Below are positions 1 through 8,710 of a stretch of 64,000 bases of DNA, piece by piece. Position numbers and translations under genes: made by a program. The notes beneath the pieces were generated by a model. That model was not told where the DNA came from, made no database searches, and saw only the letters and a program-made list of their open reading frames with translations. The DNA lies in NCBI GenBank assembly GCA_043228905.1, contig JBHGNT010000005.1, positions 11,284,001 to 11,348,000 on the forward strand, in the 5' to 3' direction. Source of the DNA: Azolla caroliniana (taxonomy: Eukaryota; Plantae; Polypodiophyta). Position 1 is the stretch's first letter. Each line of letters begins with the position of its first letter.

Positions 1-298
1 CCTTTGTGTCGTGTGTTTCATTTCCCGTTTTCTGTGTATGATTCTAAGCTCGGTTGTGGCCGAACGTTGCACATAGGGAGCGTGCAGTTCTTGTCAGCAC
101 ATGCCATGATGCATGAGAATCACATGCTGAACTTCTATTGAGTGTGTACTCTTCTCGCCTTTGTGTCGTGTGTTTCATTTCCCGTTTTCTGTGTATGATT
201 CTAAGCTCGGTTGTGGCCGAACGTTGCACATAGGGAGCGCGCAGTTCCTGTCAGCACATGCCATGATGCATGAGAATCACATGCTGAACTTCTATTGA
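1..298 (+). repeat. Tandem duplication (~157-bp period) of a copia LTR 3' (U5-side) fragment
   Basis: 1-142 recurs at 158-299. It resembles the LTR ends at 14070-14175 and 17478-17583 (…gttgtggccga…gggagcgtgcagttcctgtca). Confidence 0.75.
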
Positions 299-299
299 G

Positions 300-1200
300 A
301 GGAAGCGGCATCCCTAACCGTCTATCTCATGAATCGATGCACAACTAATGGAGTGCATGAGCTAACTCCATACGAGCTCCTTGTTGAAAGGAAGCCGATC
401 CTGTCACACCTCAAGGTGTCTGGTAGCATTGCAAATGTGCCCATCTCGAATGAAAACCGACAAAAGCCCGATGCGAAGTCAGAGAAATGTATCCTCCTAG
501 GATACTCGTCCGAGAAGAAGGCATACAAGTGCTATAACCATTTGACCGGACTGGTTCAGGTGAGTCGACACGTAGTCTTCGACGAATCGGCATCATTGTA
601 TAAGCCTGATTTGGCTCCACCCGACCCAAGCGAGGAAGAGTTGAATGTCAACTCGGAGGACGATATTCAGACAAGTCCTCTACCAAAGGACAATCCAAAC
701 CCACCCAATACTTCAAGCATTCTAGGCACGTCGCGGCTAAGTATGGACTTGGACCAAGGCAAAGGTAAGATCCGTGAATACGAAGTCGACCACCCCGACG
801 ATAGTGATTCGGATGTGTGAACTTGCTCACTAGACACCCAGAGTGAAGATGGCCCTCACATCGGCAAGAGATAAACTTTGACGCTCATCTAGAGAGAAGA
901 ACCTCATCGCTCAGCTTGGGTACAACGAGTATATGGCCCATCATTATGCCTTCGCGATCAAGGTAGTGGCCAAACAAGAGCCCTAACGCTCTACAGAAGT
1001 GGCTCGTGACCCACGATTGGTGGAAGCACTCAAACTTCGACCATTTAGCGCTACAAGCCTTCGTCACAGGCTTGAGTGGGAGGAACCGAGACTACCATCA
1101 CGGAAAGGCCGACGCCGAAAGTTGCACATAAGCCGATATTGAAAGCCGGACAACGCACAAAATTGGATGTCAGACGCCTCGCACTTGAGCTTGAGGGGGC
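300..1200 (+). pseudogene. Ty1/copia integrase C-terminal fragment, degenerate
   Basis: ORF 329-820: TPYELL…HLKVSGS…KSEKCILLGYS…KAYKCYN…VSRHVVFDE. PPT-like gaggggg near 1194-1199. Confidence 0.8.
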
Positions 1201-1344
1201 GTCTTGAGATATCAAGCTGAACCTAGTTTAGTCATTTAGTCAACACACATATCTTAGTAGTTACCTTGATAGAATCTAGTTAGTGTGTTTGACCTTAAAG
1301 CCTTAAAAATGATTTTGTACCTTAATTACCTAATTATTAACAGG

Positions 1345-2382
1345 TTATATAGATGCCAACTAGGCCGATGATGCGTCAGATCATTGGTCCACCTCCGGTT
1401 TTATGTTCTCTGTGGGGAGGGCAACTATTGCGTGGAGTAGCAAAAAGCAACTGACAGTGGCTCTATCGAGCATTGAGGCTGAGTATCGGGACGCTCTTGT
1501 TGTTATGTATGAAGCCATTTGGCTTTGTCAGCTGTTGCAAGACCTCCGGATCACAATACCGACTCTGATTTCGATCTACTGCGACAACATGAGTAGCATG
1601 CAGTTGGCCAAGAACCCCATGTTCAATGCTTGAATGAAGCACATAGAAGTGCATTATCACTTTGTACACGAGCGGGTCCTGAACGGTGAAGTCAAACTCC
1701 GGTATGTTCGAAAGGATCGGCAAGTTCCCGATAGCTTCACCAAGCCACTCGGATTAGACAAGTTGCAACATTTTTCGGTGATGCTTGGGCTACAACCTCT
1801 CGACCTGCCGCACTTGAGGGGGAGAACCGGAACAGAAATGGGAAAGACATTTAAAGGCACTGGAGAAGCAGCAAGAAAGCAAGTGGAAATGACCGAGACA
1901 GGGGAGACAAGAAGGAGGGAGTGGAGTTGACTGAAGAAGTCGGCACATCCGAAAAAGTCCGAACAAGCCACGATGGCGATAGAGTCAAGAAGGACAGAGC
2001 CGACCCGAAGAAGATTGAGGACGAATTGGACAAGAGCTGGAACAAATAGGAGGCACCCAATTCGGAAGAGGTGTTTGATAAGGAGGAGCTGAATCAACAT
2101 AAGGCCAAACGGACTAGAATGGAGCGAAAGTCGACACCGACACAGAGGAACCAACGGGTCGAGAAGCGCCAAAATCACAACAATGAAGGAGCTAAGATGG
2201 GCTTCTTGAGCAGACAAGCCGACCGAGAAGGTCAAGGTGCGCAGAACCGGGCGGGTCGTGGGAAGCGGAACCAGAGGGGTTGAGGACCGTGAGCAAGGTG
2301 AGAAGATGCCAAGAAAAGCTGACTGCAAGGATCGGCAAAGTCCAACACTGAGATCTGGCCTCAAGTTGAACTTGAAGGGGAG
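1345..2382 (+). pseudogene. Ty1/copia RNase H remnant with long basic C-terminal tail and PPT
   Basis: WSSKKQ…VALSSIEAEY…IYCDNMS…KNP…KHIEVHYHFV…DSFTKPL. PPT gaaggggag ends at 2382. Homologous to 50629-51402. Confidence 0.85.
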
Positions 2383-2718
2383 TGTTGAGTGGACAAGCTC
2401 AACCTGATCCGGATTGGCTGAGTAGGCCAGAGCTGGATTGGTGTCCAAAGAAGAGACCCACATGCAAACCGGTAGGCCATTGGAGGTCTACACTCCTAGA
2501 CTACTAGGTAGTTATCCTAGGAGTTAGTGTTAGTAGCTTAGTACAAGCATTGATGTACTTGTTAGTACTTCTGTTAGTCCGTTTAAGGACCTGTATAAAA
2601 GTGCTCACTGAGCACATTGTATGTACAGAGCGTTTCTTTGTAATTAGAGTTCTATGTTGTTCTGCTCACTCTGTCTCTCCCGCATACTCTGTGTGTGTAA
2701 TTTAAGCTTTCCATTAAA
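2383..2718 (+). repeat. Copia 3' LTR, left part (continues at 11852-~11913 after the DNA transposon)
   Basis: Starts with TG right after the PPT. 2601-2718 joined to 11852 onward matches the uninterrupted copy at 12206-12383. Confidence 0.8.
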
Positions 2719-2754
2719 AACACGTTCGCGTTCACAAGTGGAAGGATTGCGCAT
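2719..2754 (+). repeat. Left TIR
   Basis: Reverse complement of 11812-11847 with one C/T difference. An internal hairpin is formed by acaagtggaa (2734-2743) and ttccacttgt (2754-2763). Confidence 0.95.
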
Positions 2755-3087
2755 TCCACTTGTAGAATCTTCTTAAAACGAAGCAAATACACCCTCTCTA
2801 CAAAAATTGGATGCACTAGTATCACATGTTCCTCAACTTGATGAGAATTTGCAAATATAAAAATACATGATAGATCTACGAGTGGAGATCATTAGAAATC
2901 ATGCAAGTTTAGACATGTTGATAAGTTAATGTGGGCATAATAAAGTTCAGCTATGGCTCAATATGTCACTACTGTGCGACAAGGGAAACACTAACTTAAA
3001 GACTTATATTAATTAGGTAAGTTTTACAAAAATATGAGGTGTACTTGTATCCATACTAATAAAATGAGATATAATTTATACTTTGAC

Positions 3088-3371
3088 CCATACGTGCATG
3101 TATGTAATTGTGGAAAATGTAGGATAGTGCACATTAGGATAAGTGATTGGAATAACTAACTTATTAAAGTATTCAATACTTGTATTTAAGTTGATCTAAT
3201 CTATTCCTCAGTTTGTTCATATGGGATCAAACCATATGTGTATATAATTGTGCACAATGTAAGGCAGTGAACTTTAGGATAATGTCGTGGAAATAACAAA
3301 CCTATTAGGCTTTCATACCTGTATTTAAAATTGATCTACTGTATTGCTTAGGTGATTCACACAAGATCAAA
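3088..3371. repeat. Diverged two-copy direct repeat (~143-bp period) in the left subterminal region
   Basis: ccata…taattgtg…aatgta…tttaggataa…ttgatcta…gatcaaa occurs twice. Confidence 0.6.
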
Positions 3372-3765
3372 CTCCGAACGATAACGCAACTCAAACCATT
3401 ATCAACACACTACACAATCTAAGCAGCAATGGAATAGAAACATAATAGTTTTAACAATAGAAGACAAAGATCCATAATAACAACATGGATAGTCATGGCA
3501 ACAATTATAGGGCCATGTTCTGTTAAGGTTAGCTTGGACCAAAATCAGCCTCCATTTAAACTAGTTCATGTTTCTCCATAAGTTTGGTAGTCAGCTATGC
3601 ACGCGGTGAAACCAATATCATAAATCTACTAATCAAGTATATAAAAATAAAATTGAAACATATAGAAGATTATAAAGAATAGAATCCACTAGGTAAACCC
3701 CAAAATTTGTATTAATAATGTGAAATCTTAACAAATCGTCAGTGTCATATTCTTCATAGAGTCTA

Positions 3766-6700
3766 TTACATAGCAATCAATTCATCAACGTCATTTTCTT
3801 CATCATCTTGTGTAGAACTGTTTTCGGCTATACGTGCATTGGTTTCCCCTGTTAGCCGAGCCAACGAAATATCTTCTATAAGCTCATCATCAAGCTCTAT
3901 TAGCTCCCCCGGTTCGCCGGCTAATGGAGGAATAGGCTCTCGCGAAGCAGGTTGAAACCTTTCTGTATTGGCGAGGTTCTTTGCACCGACCTCCTCATCC
4001 TGGTTTGGGCACTCCCACAAACCCTTAATCCGCATATTAATAAATATAACTTGGTCCTCGTCCTTCTTCAATGCAACTGTATTTCTAAACAACTTCAATG
4101 CACATGCTGACGTAGTTCCTGTGATGTAAGTAACAAGAAGATTTAGTTGTCAAACGAAAAAAAAGTGATTGGTTATCTCAAGATCGTTACCCTAGTTCGA
4201 GGAATACCTGTGCCAGAAAAGAGATCTAATATCCAGTCTCCTTCGACAGAAAACATCTCGATCAAGCGCATCATAAGTCGTTGAGGTTTTTGGTATGGGT
4301 TGACAAGTCCCCGTTCTGTCGTGGTGACATGTGGCAATTTCCGAGTCACTGCTGGATATACCAACAGATTTGAACCTCCCACTTCATTAGAATGCTCTTT
4401 GATTCTCTGTTTCTTAATTTCATCGAAGTAGCCAACCGTTATGTATTCAATGGCATTAATGAACCGAAAAGTTGGCCCTCTATTTACATTGGTCTTGATC
4501 CTATAAAAAATAATTCATCGAGTTAAGAATAGATTCAACAACCTTAAGAAATGCAATATAGTGAAAGACACCTATAAATAATCCTTACCATGCAAGGTTC
4601 TCGATGCCATGGCAACGAGATCTCAAAGCTTGAGCTACCGAGTACCCTTGGTCCATACTATGAAAGACAACTATTCGCCACAAGGATGCGGTCGTTAGCT
4701 CAGCGAAATCCTTGACCATCTTCTCCAATTGTTTAAACCTAAACGGTTCATTGTCGTATGATGACCCAGCCATTCGAAATCCGTAAGGAATATACGCAAT
4801 CATTAGCGTATATTCCTTCTTTGGCACCTTCTGGATCAAGTCGATGACATCACCGCAAACCACATTGTAGTAAAGATCTCTCGTAATATCTTTTTTGTGG
4901 CTAAATTTTTTAAACGAGCCATCTTCCACCATTTCGTACGCCTTGACTAAGCGACGATCCTTTTCTTTTCTGGCTCGCTCGAGATGTGCAAGGAAGGATG
5001 TAGGGAAATCGTGTATATCCTTAACTTCTCCTTGTTTCTTGCCTCGACACGGTTTCTAATAGAAGCAATAGGACATCAGGTATTCTTATACAAGCTCTAC
5101 ATATGATGAAAGGGTAATGAAAAAACATGAATACTAACCCAATCCTTGAATGCAATAAAATACTCTGATAACGCCTTATACGAAGACGTTAGAGGATAAT
5201 CCTCGGTCACTTGTTCCCAAGTTATACATCCAAGTTGTTTCATCATAACTTCTTGGATCTTCATGTACACCTTATGACTGTAAAATTAGAAATCAAGATT
5301 AGAACTTTGAATTACACCAGGTAGACTACAATTTCAATATTTGAAAGACTTACTTATTGAACTCAGTGACCATTTCTTCAAGGCTTAAATCTTTCGCCAC
5401 AACCCTTGACAAAACCGACACAAGAAGCTGCTCGTCCTTAATACCTTGCATCGCTCTCCATAGAGACAGCTTCATGTCATCTGCCACTTCTTCAATTGTC
5501 AAGTCAATTTTCTTGGCGGCTTGTGACTTTAACTCTAGTTGAGGGTCAACCCTACATTTCTTTTGTCGTTGACCCTTTACCTCCTTATTCTCCCACATTG
5601 AGAAGATTTGATCTTGTAGGTCCCATACTTCTCCATCTCTAAACGCCAATTGAAACCAAGACTCATACTTTCGAAGACCATCGGACCTAACATTATCATC
5701 TACCACAATGCCGACTTCATGCAGACATTGACGTCGAAGGCCTGGATGTAACTTCACACCAAACTTTTGTTTCACATCTAAATACTCGTGGTGGAAGAAC
5801 CGTATACGCTCAATGGACGACATTTTCTGCCTATAGTCATTATCATTATTATGGTCCCATGCCGACAGCTTAGCCTCTTCGGTTGTGAGCCCAACATAAA
5901 TTTTGCACTCGGCATACTTGAAGAAGAAAGTGGTTGGATGTTCTCTCACAAGTTGCCGACGTGCCTCTGCTGAATGCGATCCACCAATGACAAAATAATT
6001 ATATTGATCATGCTTTCTAATATCAAAATCTTCAATGGTTTCACATTCTTCAGGATCTACCATAACAATAAAAGGCACCACAGTGGCATGAGGATTAATT
6101 TTCATTTTTTTCTTGAGATTTTGAACATGCATGCGGTGAGGCTCTCTAATCTCAAGTGGTCTTCGACCTGTTTTTTCATCAATAGGGAGCCGATGGATGT
6201 GTGTTATAGGAAAATTAAACACTTGCCCTTTCCTGACCAGCTTCCGTTGCATTAACTCTCTCCTTATTTTATTCTGCTCGGATGACAAAACACCCGAGGC
6301 CAGCTCAGCTCCTGGCGTCCCCTTATTATCCTCCTCTTCGTTTTCACTTGTTGAATCCGTATCCGACATTTTGGTTGTCTTCTTCTTTGCTGGTCTTGAC
6401 TGGACTTTGGATACCTTTTTTGTGGCCTTCAATGGGGAGGGCACTTCATCTCTTAGAGTTACATGGCCTTGTATATAAGGCCTCAAGGTAACAATAAGGT
6501 TTTGTGAGCTATCAAGTGCTATTTTGAACACTTCTAGCCCACAAGATTCCTTTACTAAAAGGTCTTCTGAAAGGAACACTTTACGTACCCCCTTGGAGCA
6601 CTCTATCATTACCAGTATGTTTGCCGAATCTGCATCTTCGTAGTCAAATCGTAGAATACGGCCATACATAAATGGGGTTTCCTTTCCAAGCTGCCCCTCA

Positions 6701-7858
6701 CCCTTCTTCTTTGCTGTATACAATACGACTTTTTTCTTTGAGTCGACATATTGCATACACCATTCCTTGTCCGTTAGATCTCGGTCAGGAAGGTCTTCAC
6801 CTCCAGTAGCGGCGACAAGTTTCTTTTGGCTAACATCACTATGTGGCTAAGATTTTGTCTCTTCGTTAAATAGAAGCTTTTTTCCTCTCTTTATGGTCTC
6901 AGGAGCTACCTTGGTCTGGGCTTCGATTGGAGAACCTTGTATGCGAAGCTTAATTTTCTTCACGGGTCGGTTCGACAGGTTCTCAAATGACCTATTTAAG
7001 AAAGTATATGCAAAAACATAAGTTAGGTAGTCACGTAGATTAAGGTTGTATATTATAATGAAGAACAGTTCCCAGGAGCAGTCCTATATTCAAAAATCTA
7101 TTATAGGCAGGGCTATTCAACCTAGAAAATATATATCGTAATAAGTAAACAGGGTTATATATTCTTTTAAATAGTAGGTATGACTTATATAGATTCTAAA
7201 CCTATATTGAAGAGAATTTGCTATCGTAAAGGCAATTTGTGGATCATTTTCTACTATTTTAAGCTAAAGTAGGTCATAAAACACCTATAATTAGAGCATG
7301 TTTTTTTTAAAAGTAAGGAAAGTCAACATAAAAAAGACTGATTTTGCCAGACAATTTGATATCTTTTCCACCCCATAATTATTTGTTACCCCAAAAACAC
7401 AATTTTTCTCTCTCAAAGCCTTCTTATATACAGGAACTCGATACGGCGTATCGAGTTCGTGTTTAAAGTGTACTGTTTAAAACCTACACTTTAAACAGGA
7501 ACTCGATACGGCGTATCGAGTTCCCGTTAAAAACCTACACTTTAAACACGAAATCGATATATCGAGTTCGTGTTTAAAGTGTAGGTTTTTAACGGGAACT
7601 CGATACGCCGTATCGAGTTCCTGTTTAATGTGTGGGTATTAAACAGGAACTCGATACGACGTATCGAGTTCCTGTATAAAAAGCAAAAACAAATTATGAA
7701 CTCGATACGCCGTATCGAGTTCATGTGTAAAGTTTGTATTGTATACATGAACTCGATACGGCGTATCGAGTTCTTGAGAAACGAAACATATTTACAAAAA
7801 TGTCCACAGTGTCAGAGGCCTACCTGGAGTCCTCGCGCTCGATTCTCTTTGAAGACAT
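3766..7858 (-). pseudogene. Six-exon gene for a ParB/Srx-like domain fused to a beta-class DNA N4-cytosine/N6-adenine methyltransferase (~974 aa; one in-frame TAG at 6849-6847)
   Basis: Exons 7858-7824, 6991-5354, 5277-5139, 5055-4589, 4500-4208 and 4118-3766. All five introns are GT-AG and phase-compatible (2925 nt total). ParB-like: FPITHIH…IREPHRMHVQNLKKKM…VPFIVMV…YFVIGGSHSAEARRQL. MTase motifs are in beta order: VVCGDVIDLI, MIAYIPYG (motif IV), AWIKTN, NAIEYITVG, NPYQKPQRLMMRLIEMFSVEGDWILDLFSGTGTTSACALKLFRNTVALKKD (motifs X-I-II). The FSGTG/TT motif is completed only by splicing. Confidence 0.88.
7434..7773. repeat. Array of seven 25-bp palindromes GAACTCGATACG-N-CGTATCGAGTTC in intron 1 of the cargo gene
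   Basis: Copies start at 7434, 7499, 7550 (degenerate, 20 bp), 7596, 7647, 7698 and 7749. Spacers are 40, 26, 26, 26, 26 and 26 bp. Confidence 0.97.
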
Positions 7859-7892
7859 CGTTGATCGTGTGGAAGTGGAGGCGGAGATCGCG

Positions 7893-7976
7893 CTTTCGTG
7901 CTTTGTGCTTTGTGTGCTTTGTGTGCTCTGTGTGCTCTCTACGTTCTGTGTGCTCTGTACGCTCTGTACGCTCTGG
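7893..7976 (-). repeat. 9-bp tandem repeat in the predicted 5' UTR of the cargo gene
   Basis: Units ctttgtgtg / ctctgtgtg / ctctgtacg on +. Confidence 0.8.
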
Positions 7977-8001
7977 TGAGTGAAATATGACGAGGTCTTC
8001 C

Positions 8002-8009
8002 TATTTATA
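8002..8009 (-). promoter_or_regulatory. Probable TATA box of the ParB-MTase gene
   Basis: CCTATAAATAGG on the - strand, ~145 bp upstream of the ATG at 7858 (acgATGtct). Confidence 0.6.
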
Positions 8010-8710
8010 GGGATTGAACACATTGGTTAAAGCAACCATAGTCACCTTAACCAAGGTTGGTAACTTTGAGGATAGTTAGTTGGTAACCATAGTCACATTA
8101 ACTAGAGTAACTTATGATTGTATTAATGATTACAAAGTCCAACTAACATATTGATCAATCTTTTATAGTCATAACAACCTACAATGACTTCAAAGGTTAT
8201 GAAGGAGACAATGATAGAGGTTCATGAATGTACCAATGATTGATTACTAAAAGCAACAAATTTTATGACTCTCAAATGCTATGTATTAAAGATGTTGGCA
8301 TGAATTAACCAATGATTGATAAGTCTAATATTTAAAATGGTGAGCATTAAAGAACCAATGATTGAGACGTTCTATATCAAAATGGGTGCCATTAATTAGC
8401 CAATGATTTTAACATTAATCCAACATATTCATGGCGTGTTAATGATTAGTTTTATATTTTACTCGATTTAACTTCATATAGATCTAGTTTATATAATAAT
8501 TGATATTTTAAGTACAATTACTTTATTAAAAATAATTTTTTGATGTATTGTATTAATAGAATATTACATAATATAGACACTCTATTGATTTGGCTTTTGT
8601 TTAGAGAGAAGTTTATGTTTAGAGAGGAGTATATGTTTAGAGAGGAGCTTATTAGTTTTTTTCCTTACCCTAAGCACATAACTTAGAGAGCCCTATCTAG
8701 ACCTTAAGCC

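Noticed and set aside
1657-2463. 268-aa hydrophobic antisense ORF (env-like?)
   Set aside because: It is the shadow of a purine-rich sense frame; no independent support.
7434-7773. True CRISPR array
   Set aside because: Eukaryotic intronic context and no cas genes. Several spacers are related or exact inverses of each other, so they are not acquired foreign sequence.
3766-7858. Bacterial contamination or recent unprocessed horizontal transfer
   Set aside because: The gene has five spliceosomal introns and a TATA box, and lies inside a TIR element inserted in a plant LTR.
7542-8023. Short ORFs with NSIRRIEF or STQ repeats
   Set aside because: These are translations of the palindrome array and the 9-bp repeat. 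Only 7858-7824 is used, as exon 1.
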